From the NCBI GenBank assembly GCA_964536865.1, contig CAZHYN010000008.1, forward strand, positions 26,118 through 58,117: DNA of 32,000 nt, read 5' to 3'. Position numbers and translations under genes: made by a program. The notes beneath the pieces are model-generated. The model worked only from the letters and a program-made list of their open reading frames with translations, did no database searches and was not told the origin of the DNA. Position 1 is the first letter of the stretch. Each line of letters starts with the position of its first letter. Shown in pieces: positions 5,660-19,982 of this stretch. The DNA comes from an uncultured Planctomycetia bacterium (lineage in GTDB: Bacteria; Omnitrophota; Gorgyraeia; Duberdicusellales; 4484-171).

Positions 5660-5821
5660 TTATCTTTTTTTCTTTACATTTCTCCTCCTTCTTTGAGACG
5701 GTTTCGTATAGTATTGCCTTTCCCGATATTCTTTAAGGATTCCCTCTTTTTTACATTGCATTTTAAATCTCTTCAGTGCTTTTTCAAAGTCTTCTTTCTT
5801 GTCTATTCTTACCTCTGCCAT
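5660..5821 (-). CDS. rpsU: 30S ribosomal protein bS21
   Basis: Not in the ORF track because it is only 53 aa. My manual translation is MAEVRIDKKEDFEKALKRFKMQCKKEGILKEYRERQYYTKPSQRRRRNVKKKR*. The ...ALKRFK..C.K.GIL.E.R.R..Y.KPS..RR pattern is diagnostic for bS21. A GGAGG Shine-Dalgarno lies 5 nt upstream of the ATG at 5821. Confidence 0.85.
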   Translation of the reverse strand: MAEVRIDKKEDFEKALKRFKMQCKKEGILKEYRERQYYTKPSQRRRRNVKKKR

Positions 5822-5846
5822 TTTACCTCCTTATAAAAACAGAACT

Positions 5847-5874
5847 ATTTTATCACAATTACTTGATATCACAA
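5847..5874 (-). promoter_or_regulatory. candidate promoter for rpsU
   Basis: On the minus strand: TTGTGA (5874..5869), a 16-nt spacer, then TAAAAT (5852..5847), with a TG at the extended -10 position. Confidence 0.4.
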
Positions 5875-6199
5875 AGAAATATTTTAAGAAATGTAGGATA
5901 TAATGGCTTGAGATGCTTTTCTCGCCATTTCCATTGCTTCGATTACTGTTTCTCATCTTTTTATAATGCCTCCTCCGGCATGCACTCCTTTAAGAGAAGT
6001 TTATAATATTGATGAGTCTACACCAATATAACTTTCCTTCTTCTTTAGCATGGATGTATTCTATCTTTCTTGAGGCATTTCTTTCTCGTTTCGTCTATAT
6101 ATGATTGTGACTTTTGATTTTCACCTTTTTACTCTCTTTCTACAATCCTTAATTTATTCACTTTTGCTAGTGCTCTCTTGTTTATAATTTTCATGCTAA

Positions 6200-9174
<2,975 letters not shown>

Positions 9175-9178
9175 TGGA

Positions 9179-9952
9179 CTATAGCCTTACTGGTATTCCT
9201 TTCTCTTTCAAATAAGCTTTAGCTTGCTTAATAGAGTACTCTCCATAGTGGAATATTGACGCTGCTAATACAGCATCTGCTTTTCCTACTGTAAAGGCTT
9301 GGAACAGGTGTTCTAAATTACCTGCTCCTCCTGAGGCAATGACGGGGATACTTACCGCCTCTGATACTGCTTTGGTTAGTTCCAGATCATAACCTTTTTT
9401 GGTGCCATCTTTATCCATACTAGTAAGAAGAATTTCTCCCGCTCCTAAAGATTCTACTTTTTTTGCCCATTCTATAGCATCTATTCCTGTAGCCTTTGTG
9501 CCTCCATATGTATAAACTTCCCATTTTTTAGTAGAGTTTCTCTCGTCATTTGTTAACTTGGCATCTATGGCTACTACTATACATTGACTACCAAATTCTT
9601 CTGCTCCTTCTTTTATGAGTAAAGGATTTTCTACTGCAGAGGTATTTATAGAGATTTTATCTGCCCCTGACTTTAGAAGAATGCGAATGTCCTCTAGGCT
9701 ACGTATGCCCCCTCCTACAGTAAAAGGGATGAATATAGTTTGCGCTGTCCTTTCAACTATATCTAGAATGGTCTTTCTTTTTTCTAAAGTGGCAGTAATA
9801 TCTAGAAAGATTATTTCATCTGCTCCCTCTTTAGCATAAACCTCTGCTTGTTCAGCAGGATTTCCAGCGTCTTTTAAGTTCCCGAAGTTCACCCCCTTCA
9901 CTACTCTCCCGTCTTTGACATCCAGACAAGGTATAATTCTTTTAGCAAGCAT
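9179..9952 (-). CDS. hisF: imidazole glycerol phosphate synthase, cyclase subunit
   Basis: 257 aa with [24 protein letters not shown] and a (beta/alpha)8 HisF pattern. It overlaps hisH by 11 nt. Confidence 0.95.
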   Translation of the reverse strand: MLAKRIIPCLDVKDGRVVKGVNFGNLKDAGNPAEQAEVYAKEGADEIIFLDITATLEKRKTILDIVERTAQTIFIPFTVGGGIRSLEDIRILLKSGADKISINTSAVENPLLIKEGAEEFGSQCIVVAIDAKLTNDERNSTKKWEVYTYGGTKATGIDAIEWAKKVESLGAGEILLTSMDKDGTKKGYDLELTKAVSEAVSIPVIASGGAGNLEHLFQAFTVGKADAVLAASIFHYGEYSIKQAKAYLKEKGIPVRL

Positions 9953-10571
9953 TTTTCTTTTTTGAGAATTCTAAGAAATTTTTCAGAAACTCTAAACCTA
10001 CCTTCCCACTCTTCTCAGGATGAAATTGAACTCCTACAATGTTGTTCCTTACTATCACTGAGGGGAACATTTCTCCATAATAGGTAGTAGCTACCGTAGT
10101 ATCCTCTTCTTTTGGTTTAACATAATAAGAGTGGACAAAATAGAAATATGAGTGCTGGGGGATGTTTTCAAAGAGTTTGTTTGCTAACTCATTCTCTTTA
10201 TACTCTACTTGATTCCATCCCATGTGAGGAATTTTTAATGAATGAGTAAATCTCACTACTTCACCCTCAACGAGATTCATTCCTAAAACTATACTATGTT
10301 CTTCGCTTCGGGTAAAAAGAAGTTGTAACCCTAAACATATTCCTAAGAATGGCTTACCATTTTTAACTTCTTCTACAATTACTTCTAGTATCCCTTTCTT
10401 CTTCAAATTTTCTATTCCCTTTAAGAAGGCTCCCACCCCTGGAAGGATAAGTGCGGTTGCTTCCCTTATTAAAGAAGATGTAGAGGTAATTTTGACTTCT
10501 GCTTTACTTATTTGGAGAGCTTTACTTACACTCTGTAAATTACCTAAATCATAATCAATAACTGCTACCAT
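9942..10571 (-). CDS. hisH: imidazole glycerol phosphate synthase, glutaminase subunit
   Basis: 209 aa with the class-I GATase triad context GICLGLQLL ... FHPEKS. Confidence 0.9.
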   Translation of the reverse strand: MVAVIDYDLGNLQSVSKALQISKAEVKITSTSSLIREATALILPGVGAFLKGIENLKKKGILEVIVEEVKNGKPFLGICLGLQLLFTRSEEHSIVLGMNLVEGEVVRFTHSLKIPHMGWNQVEYKENELANKLFENIPQHSYFYFVHSYYVKPKEEDTTVATTYYGEMFPSVIVRNNIVGVQFHPEKSGKVGLEFLKNFLEFSKKKNAC

Positions 10572-10661
10572 ATAATGTTAATTTATAAACTCTTTTAAAA
10601 ATCTTCATAACATATCATATTTTTTTTATTATGTCAATTAATCTATTTATGAAGCGTTATA

Positions 10662-11317
10662 TTAACTGTTGCTATTCTTAAGAGCAAATCTTACCCAATC
10701 TATCCCTTTTGTAGAGAAACCGGCTAATTCTAAAGGATTTTTGTCATTTTTATATTTGTTTCTATCCTTGCAATCTGTATGGGGCTTTCTGCCCAAGGCA
10801 GATCCGCCTCTGGCGGAAAAACAATAACAGATAGCCATTAGATTGAGATAACCTTCTATTGCCTGTTTATTTTTCCCAAAGCCTTCTATTGTTTTTAATC
10901 TTCTTTCATACTGTTTTATAAGGTTTTCTAATTGATTGTTAGTATAGGGAAGGAAAGGTGTTTTTAAGTGAGCAAAGATGTTGTTTTTATATTTGATGAG
11001 ATTATTTATAAGATTGTAGATTTTCTTTTTAGATTTGAATTTTATTCTTAGCCTTTTTATCCTTTTGAGGCGAGTCTCTACTTTCTGGAAAGTATTGCTT
11101 AAGACGTAGATTCTCAAATATCTGCGCAGGGTTAAAATATCTTCGTATCTCCTTTTAAACCAGTAATCTTATCCTGAGTGGCTCTTAATTCTTTTAAAAG
11201 AGATTCTTTTTTAGGAGAGTAAGGGTAGATAAACAGAGATTTTAGTCTTCTTAGTTTCTTGGTGGGTTTAAATAATTGGTTGTGAATAGGCTGTATTCTT
11301 AAGATTCTGTCTATCAT
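10662..11317 (-). mobile_element. decayed IS remnant: two adjacent transposase C-terminal fragments
   Basis: ORFs 11317..11132 (61 aa) and 11117..10662 (151 aa, TTG-initiated only). The second contains ...FLPYTNNQLENLIKQYERRLKTIEGFG..., the 'TNNxxEN...R..K...GF' motif seen near the C-terminus of several DDE transposase families (ISL3/IS66/IS256-like). I cannot resolve the family. No N-terminal catalytic region is present. Confidence 0.5.
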
Positions 11318-11467
11318 ATCAGAGATTATTCCTTTAAAGAGAGTTAATTATAATTTCAGACCCAGTTAATCAAATACTACCTTAAATTTACCCTTACTGA
11401 GTCATCTAAATCTCCTAAAATAGCATTAGAAGATAGAGGCAGTTAAACTTGGTATGAGAGTTTACAA

Positions 11468-13974
<2,507 letters not shown>

Positions 13975-13987
13975 AACCCCCTCCTTA

Positions 13988-15748
13988 TTACTCTTGAAAA
14001 TGAATGTTATCCTCTACATACCTTATAAGTTTATCTAAATCGTCTTTGTTTACCTGATAAACCCCAAAGATATATTTATTATCTACTAAAATTGCTATTC
14101 CTCTGTTTATTTTTAAATCCTTCTGAAGTCTAAATTCTTCTTCTAAAAATGAAATTCCTTCTTTAGCTTTTATAAAATCTTTAATCTTTCTATAATCTAT
14201 TCCCAATTCCTCCAAAATAGATGGCCACCAACTACTTTCTACATTTTCTAACCGCTTAGTAAGATAGGACCAAAACTTATCAGGATAGAGAACTTTTAGT
14301 GCCAATAACCTTTCTATCTCTTCCAATTCAGCCAATCCCCCTTTAGCTATAAAATTATCTTTATTCTTAGAAACTATAGGATGGAAGTTTAAAGAAAAAT
14401 TTCTTCTCTCTGCCATCGTCTTAAGCTCCTTTACCAGTTTCTGTAATCCATCATCACATAGACTAGCGAAGAGATCAATCCGTTTAGAAATTGGTTTTCT
14501 TTTTAGAAAGAGAAAGATTCCAGAAAAAGTCGTCTTTAAAAGATAAGCATCATCCTTCTTATTTAAAAATTTGGAGAATCGGGAAAAATTATTGTGTTTC
14601 TCAATGTCCTTAGAAAAAATGAAGGTGGGTAGAGTAGAAATATTATACTTCTCTACCAGTAATTTCCCCCTATGGGACCGATAACTAATCTTATCTAAGC
14701 GAACTTTCCCTAAATTTTTATTTAAAAATGCCTCGATTAAATCAGAATTGCACAAAGAACAATTAGGATCAGTAAGCAAAACTGCTTCTATAATCTGAGC
14801 CTTAACCTCTTTGCAATAAGCCTGCAGACTACCAGGATTAATACATTGAAACTGAATACCTTCTTTAGAACCGCAATCAAAAGAAGCAAAGCATTGAGGA
14901 ATAATATTTTTTAATTCGGTATCCTCTTTTAAATCCAAAGGTAATCTTTCTATCCGAAAGTTAACATTTTTTATGTCTCCCTCGGTTAAGGTCAACTCAA
15001 CTATTCTTAAATCCTTCCCTTGATACGAAGGTCTTAAAATAATAGTATCTTTCTGGCGTTGATAAGGACTGGTAGAAATAGTATACCCTGTTGAGATGAT
15101 AACCTTTATCTGAGGAAACTGATTAACTATCTCTCTATTTATGTCTTCAGGCATATTAGAAAGGAGCACAAACAAATCCACCTTTTTCTTGAAACGAAGG
15201 ATTAATCTTTTTAAAGTTTCATAGTAGGAGAGAAGTTTAATGTTTTCTTCATCAGAAGAATAAGTTAATCCCAGAATTGCAACCTTTATTTTCCCTACTT
15301 TCTTAAGTAGATAAGGTCTTACTTTAGGAAACTTTAGATTGGAAGAAATGAAGTTTATACGATAGTTAGCTAAGGTATCTTTTAAATTTTTGAGTCCAAA
15401 AGTAAACTCTCCTTCTCCTAAAAGGACAGCATCATATTTTATTTTCTCCATTGCTTTAAGGTAAACTCGAGTTCTTTTCTTATCCAAATCCAGATTCACA
15501 CTATGTTCATCCAAAGGTGCTCCTGCAGTAAAGTTACCTGCATCTAAAAGAAGAATATTTTTCTCCCGCTGGCGCAACTTCTTTATCAAAAAAGCACGGC
15601 GAGCTATTCCCCCTCCCACGCTACCAGGAGAGTCTCCAAGAGGGTAAATAGTAGCATAAGTATTTCCTGTATAGAGGATAGTTATCTTCTCTCCATAGAG
15701 AAGGAAAGGAGAGAGAATAGAAAATAGAAAAATCAAAATCCATCGCAT
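13988..15748 (-). CDS. secreted multidomain protein: degenerate 5'-nucleotidase/metallophosphoesterase-like N-domain plus thioredoxin-fold domains
   Basis: 586 aa with a signal peptide (MRWILIFLFSILSPFLLYG). The N-domain is colinear with UshA/SoxB-type phosphoesterases, but the metal-ligand motifs are replaced (see finding). A CxxC (NCSLCN ... TLPTFIF) thioredoxin-like segment and a DsbA-like C-terminal segment follow. Confidence 0.55.
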   Translation of the reverse strand: MRWILIFLFSILSPFLLYGEKITILYTGNTYATIYPLGDSPGSVGGGIARRAFLIKKLRQREKNILLLDAGNFTAGAPLDEHSVNLDLDKKRTRVYLKAMEKIKYDAVLLGEGEFTFGLKNLKDTLANYRINFISSNLKFPKVRPYLLKKVGKIKVAILGLTYSSDEENIKLLSYYETLKRLILRFKKKVDLFVLLSNMPEDINREIVNQFPQIKVIISTGYTISTSPYQRQKDTIILRPSYQGKDLRIVELTLTEGDIKNVNFRIERLPLDLKEDTELKNIIPQCFASFDCGSKEGIQFQCINPGSLQAYCKEVKAQIIEAVLLTDPNCSLCNSDLIEAFLNKNLGKVRLDKISYRSHRGKLLVEKYNISTLPTFIFSKDIEKHNNFSRFSKFLNKKDDAYLLKTTFSGIFLFLKRKPISKRIDLFASLCDDGLQKLVKELKTMAERRNFSLNFHPIVSKNKDNFIAKGGLAELEEIERLLALKVLYPDKFWSYLTKRLENVESSWWPSILEELGIDYRKIKDFIKAKEGISFLEEEFRLQKDLKINRGIAILVDNKYIFGVYQVNKDDLDKLIRYVEDNIHFQE

Positions 15749-15752
15749 ACTC

Positions 15753-17333
15753 TTATAACTTGATAATCTTTAAACTTACAATATTAGGGTTAGAAGTAAT
15801 CTCCTTTATTACCTCAGGAGAAGGTAAACTGTCAATATTTAATACAGTAACTGCTATATCTTGTGGAGCACGTCTTCCCAAACTCATTCCTGCAATATTT
15901 ATATTATGTTTCCCTAAAACCGTACCCAAAGCACCTACTACTCCAGGTTTATCCCAGTTAAATACTACCATCATATAAGAAAAAGGTGTAATCTCTATAT
16001 AAAACTCATCCATTTTTACAAAACGAGGCTCTCTGTTAGAGAAGAGTGTACCTTCCAAAACTTTCTCTCCTTCATCGGTAATGATTTTTGCTCTTACTAA
16101 GTTAACATACTCTTCCTCTTGGGGAATTTTAGTTTGTTCCACCTTTATTCCTCTTTCTCTAGCTATCTCTAAAGCGTTAACTAAATTAACTTCCTCCTCT
16201 AAAACATGAGAAAGAAACCCTTTAGCGAAACTCATACTTAATGGATCCACTTTAAAAGAAGCTATTTCCCCCACATAACTCAATATTAAAGATTTTGGCC
16301 TTCCTTGAAGAAGTTGAGAAATAAATTTCCCCATTAACTCTGTCAGTTCCATATAAGGCTTTATTTTCCGATAAGTTTCTGGATCCAATTGAATGTAGTT
16401 TACTGCATTCTTTATAGCTTTTCCTAAGAAAGCATCTTTAATGCAATTAGCTATCTCTATAGCTACATTAACCTGTGCCTCTTCTGTGGATGCTCCTAAG
16501 TGAGGAGTAACTACTATATTCTCCAGTTGTAAAAGTTTTGAATCTAAAGGTGGCTCTTTAGCGAAAACGTCTACGGCGGCACCGGCTATTTTTCCTGTAG
16601 ATAATGCGTGATACAAAGCTTCTTCATCAACGATGCCTCCTCGAGCACAATTAATAAGATATGCAGTGGGCTTCATAAGAGCGAATTCATCAAAAGAGAT
16701 AAGATTCTTTGTCTCTTCAGTAAGAGGGGTATGGATAGTAATAAAATCTGCTTTCTGGAGTAACTCTTTTAAATCTATAAGTTTTACCCCTAAAGAATCG
16801 GCTATCTCATAGGAAATAAAAGGATCGTAGGCTAAAACCTCCATACCAAAGGCGATACCTCTTTTTGCTACCTCTTTACCAATTCTTCCTAAGCCAATTA
16901 TTCCTAACACCTTGGATTGAAGCTCCACTCCTCTAAAGCGGGAGCGATTCCATTCTTTCTCCTTTAAAGAGTTATGAGCATAGGGAATCTTCCTTGCCAA
17001 GGAAAGGATTAACGCAAAGGTGTGTTCAGAAGTAGAAACAGTATTACCTCCCGGGGCATTCATCACAATTATTCCCTTCTTCGTCGCTGTCTCCAAATCA
17101 ACATTGTCTATTCCTACACCAGCTCGACCAATGAATTTTAAACTATCTGCCTCTTCTAAAATGTCCTTAGTTAATTTGGTCTGACTCCTTACTATAATAG
17201 CGTCGTAGTCCTTAATTACCTTCTTAAGCTCTTCTTTGTCTAGTTTGTACTTACAATCTACAATAAAATCTGCATCTTTTAAGATTTTTATTCCTTCCTC
17301 TGCTAACTTATCAGAAATTAGAATCTTAGGCAT
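15753..17333 (-). CDS. serA: D-3-phosphoglycerate dehydrogenase (with C-terminal ACT domain)
   Basis: Has the NAD-binding motif GIIGLGRIGKEV, 2-hydroxyacid dehydrogenase motifs and a C-terminal ACT-like region. The track start at 17369 is a TTG. The ATG at 17333 (MPKILISDKL) has a GGAGGAGG Shine-Dalgarno 6 nt upstream and overlaps the upstream stop (ATGCCTAA). Confidence 0.9.
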   Translation of the reverse strand: MPKILISDKLAEEGIKILKDADFIVDCKYKLDKEELKKVIKDYDAIIVRSQTKLTKDILEEADSLKFIGRAGVGIDNVDLETATKKGIIVMNAPGGNTVSTSEHTFALILSLARKIPYAHNSLKEKEWNRSRFRGVELQSKVLGIIGLGRIGKEVAKRGIAFGMEVLAYDPFISYEIADSLGVKLIDLKELLQKADFITIHTPLTEETKNLISFDEFALMKPTAYLINCARGGIVDEEALYHALSTGKIAGAAVDVFAKEPPLDSKLLQLENIVVTPHLGASTEEAQVNVAIEIANCIKDAFLGKAIKNAVNYIQLDPETYRKIKPYMELTELMGKFISQLLQGRPKSLILSYVGEIASFKVDPLSMSFAKGFLSHVLEEEVNLVNALEIARERGIKVEQTKIPQEEEYVNLVRAKIITDEGEKVLEGTLFSNREPRFVKMDEFYIEITPFSYMMVVFNWDKPGVVGALGTVLGKHNINIAGMSLGRRAPQDIAVTVLNIDSLPSPEVIKEITSNPNIVSLKIIKL

Positions 17334-18459
17334 AGAGAACCTCCTCCAGTTTAACAATCGATGAACCAAGCTTTAAACTATAGCCCAAATCTTTTAACAC
17401 TTTCTCTAAAAAATAAAAACCTACAACTAAATCATCTTCATCAATTGCTCCCATATGAGCAATTCTGAAAATCTTATCTTTAAACTCTCCTTGTCCTCCA
17501 GCGATACTTATCCCATATTCCTTTCTTAACTTACTAACTAATTGAGATGATTTAATAGAAGAGGGTGCCCAAACAGCAGTAACAGAATTAGAAGGTCTAA
17601 AAGAAAAGAGATTTAATCCCATAGCTTTTACTGCTTCTTGAGTAGCCCTTGCTAATTTGGAAAATTTCTCCCACCGGTTATGAATACCTTCTTCTCTTAT
17701 AAAATTTAAAGAAGCCTCTAGCCCCAAAATAAGAGAAACTGCGGGAGTAAAAGGCGTGTCGTTTTTTTGGTAACTCTTTAACGCTAAATTTAAATCAAAA
17801 TAGTATTTGGGAAGATTGCTCCTGCGAAGAAACTCCTCAGCTTTCTTACTTATACTTATAAAAGAAAGCCCTGGAGGAAGCATTAATCCTTTCTGAGAGC
17901 CTGCAACTACTACATCTACTCCCCATTCATCGGTAAGTAATTTATCCTGTCCTAATCCACTTATAGCATCTACAATCAAAATTACCTCTCTATTTCTGGT
18001 AAGATTCCCGATACTCTCTATATCGTAGACTGTCCCTGTAGAGGTCTCACACAGAGTAGTCAGAATACCCTTTACCTTAGACTCAGACTCTAACAACTGC
18101 TTTAGATAATTAGGGTCAGGGGCACTTCCCCAATCAATAGAATAGTTAACCACATCTAAACCATAACGGGTAGCAATTTCTTTCCATCTTTGACCAAATT
18201 TACCACCCTCTATTACTATTACTTTATCCTGGGAAGAAAAAAAACTAGATACTGCTGCTTCCATAGCTCCTGTTCCTGAAGAAGCTAAAATCAGCACAGG
18301 ACTGCTGGTGAAAAAAATTTCTTTTAAAGATTGGCTTACTCTCCCTAATACTTCCTTAAATTCATCAGTACGATGATGAATAATCTGTCTACCCAGAGCT
18401 TCTCTTATAAAAGGAGGTATAGGAGAAGGTCCGGGAGTAAGAAGAAGATTTTGTTTCAC
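17326..18459 (-). CDS. class-V aminotransferase (serine-pyruvate/alanine-glyoxylate type; likely acts as phosphoserine aminotransferase given its linkage to serA)
   Basis: Contains LLTPGPSPIP, SSGTGAMEAA and the PLP lysine in GSQKGL. The track start at 18465 is a TTG that directly abuts the Shine-Dalgarno. The GTG at 18459 sits 6 nt after AAGGAGG and is preferred. Confidence 0.8.
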   Translation of the reverse strand: MKQNLLLTPGPSPIPPFIREALGRQIIHHRTDEFKEVLGRVSQSLKEIFFTSSPVLILASSGTGAMEAAVSSFFSSQDKVIVIEGGKFGQRWKEIATRYGLDVVNYSIDWGSAPDPNYLKQLLESESKVKGILTTLCETSTGTVYDIESIGNLTRNREVILIVDAISGLGQDKLLTDEWGVDVVVAGSQKGLMLPPGLSFISISKKAEEFLRRSNLPKYYFDLNLALKSYQKNDTPFTPAVSLILGLEASLNFIREEGIHNRWEKFSKLARATQEAVKAMGLNLFSFRPSNSVTAVWAPSSIKSSQLVSKLRKEYGISIAGGQGEFKDKIFRIAHMGAIDEDDLVVGFYFLEKVLKDLGYSLKLGSSIVKLEEVLYA

Positions 18460-18461
18460 TC

Positions 18462-19079
18462 TCAACCTCCTTTTTGACTCTTTTCTCCCTTCTGAGAAAT
18501 AATTACTTCATCTACAATTCCATATTCCTTTGCTTCCTCTGCACTCATAAAAAAATCTCTGTCAGTATCTTCTCTCACTTTCTCTACAGCTCTACCGGTA
18601 TGTTTACTCAAAAGATCATTGACTTTTTCTCTCAATCTTAGAATCTCCTTTGTCTGACGAGAGATATCTTCTGCAGAACCTTGAACTCCTCCCCAAGGCT
18701 GGTGAATCATTATCCGGGAGTTAGGAAGAGCAAAACGCTTCCCTTTTGTTCCACTAGCTAAAAGTAAAGCACCTAAACTTGCCGCCTGTCCTACACAGTA
18801 AGTAGCAACATCACATCTAACAAACTGAATAGTATCATAAATAGCCAAACCAGCAGTAATTGCTCCTCCTGGTGTATTAATGTAGATATTGATATCTTTA
18901 GTGACATCTTCCATCTGCAAAAACAACATCTGAGCAATTACAATATTAGCTACATTATCATCGATAGGAACTCCGATAAAGATTATTCTGTCTTTGAGAA
19001 GACGGGAATATATATCATAAGCACGTTCAAATCTCCCGGTTTGCTCAACTACCATAGGAATATACATTTGATTTTTCAT
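18462..19079 (-). CDS. clpP: ATP-dependent Clp protease proteolytic subunit
   Basis: 205 aa with the catalytic Ser context [11 protein letters not shown], the His context MIHQP, and typical ClpP length. Confidence 0.93.
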   Translation of the reverse strand: MKNQMYIPMVVEQTGRFERAYDIYSRLLKDRIIFIGVPIDDNVANIVIAQMLFLQMEDVTKDINIYINTPGGAITAGLAIYDTIQFVRCDVATYCVGQAASLGALLLASGTKGKRFALPNSRIMIHQPWGGVQGSAEDISRQTKEILRLREKVNDLLSKHTGRAVEKVREDTDRDFFMSAEEAKEYGIVDEVIISQKGEKSQKGG

Positions 19080-19091
19080 TCTTCCCTCCTT

Positions 19092-19982
19092 TCAGGTAAA
19101 TTCAGCAAAGGTTAAAATATACCCCATAACTACTTCATAAAGATTGTTGGGAGCTACCTCTAAATTTTCCTTAATAGCAATGGCTTCTAAGATATAGTAA
19201 AGCTTCATTTGCTCTTGAGCTTGATGAGTTAGTTTCTCCTCTAAATCTTTTTTATATTTTCTAATGTCATCTTCCGAAATTCCTTTTAACTTCAACTTAT
19301 AAATCTCCTCCTCCAGGAGTTTATTTCGATGTTCTTCTAATGCTCGAGTAGGAACTGCTATTTTCACTCTCTTAAGAAGGGTATTCGCTACTTGAGATTC
19401 TATATCCAAATGTCGCTGTCTCAACTTAACTTCTTTGAGCTCACAAATAAGAGCCTCCCTAAAAGCATCGTAGTTAGGATAACCACTCCATTTAGCAATC
19501 TCTGAGTCTGAAAAATCTCTCTTAGTAAATCTTTTTACTTGCTCTCTTAAATTTTCCAGAAGTTTTTTCCACTCCTGCTCTTTAACATCCACTGATTTAT
19601 CCTTTATTTTTATTCTTTTGTAGATACTCTCTTCTAAAGAAATTTGAGGTTTTACCTCTAACTCTGCAGAGAAGGTAATTTTTTTATCGGTTAGCTCTAC
19701 GTCATAAATCCTGGGTAAAACTACAGGAGAGATATTTGCCTCTTTAACTGCCCTTTCATAATAGTTAGGTATAGCCCATTTTATAAACTCTTCCCTTAAA
19801 AACTTACCATGATATTTTTCCAAGATTTCTAAAGGAGCACTACCTACTCTGAATCCAGGAACCTTTAAACTCTTAGCAAAATTACGGTAAATTTGAGACT
19901 TATCTTTTTCAAAATCTTCCCCTTCTACTTCAACTTTTATAACTCTTTTTAGATTATCTAACTTTTTAACTTCTACCTTCAT
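19092..19982 (-). CDS. tig: trigger factor lacking the FKBP/PPIase domain
   Basis: 296 aa. The N-terminal ribosome-binding domain carries the GFRVGSAP signature (GFRxGxxP). It then runs directly into a C-terminal-domain-like helical region. It sits in the canonical position upstream of clpP. Confidence 0.75.
   Translation of the reverse strand: MKVEVKKLDNLKRVIKVEVEGEDFEKDKSQIYRNFAKSLKVPGFRVGSAPLEILEKYHGKFLREEFIKWAIPNYYERAVKEANISPVVLPRIYDVELTDKKITFSAELEVKPQISLEESIYKRIKIKDKSVDVKEQEWKKLLENLREQVKRFTKRDFSDSEIAKWSGYPNYDAFREALICELKEVKLRQRHLDIESQVANTLLKRVKIAVPTRALEEHRNKLLEEEIYKLKLKGISEDDIRKYKKDLEEKLTHQAQEQMKLYYILEAIAIKENLEVAPNNLYEVVMGYILTFAEFT

Noticed and set aside
5895-6000. In-frame TGA in KGVHAGGGIIKR-TGA-ETVIEAMEMARK..., considered as possible selenocysteine or recoded TGA.
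   Set aside because: TGA clearly terminates uppP and clpP in this window. A TAA lies 4 codons upstream of the Lys with no ATG start, and I found no SECIS-like hairpin immediately downstream. A gene remnant is the simpler reading.
5776-6006. 76-aa plus-strand ORF (GTG start).
   Set aside because: It lies antisense to the clearly real rpsU gene and its promoter. The hydrophobic, Leu/Phe-rich translation is typical of the complement of Lys/Glu-rich coding sequence.
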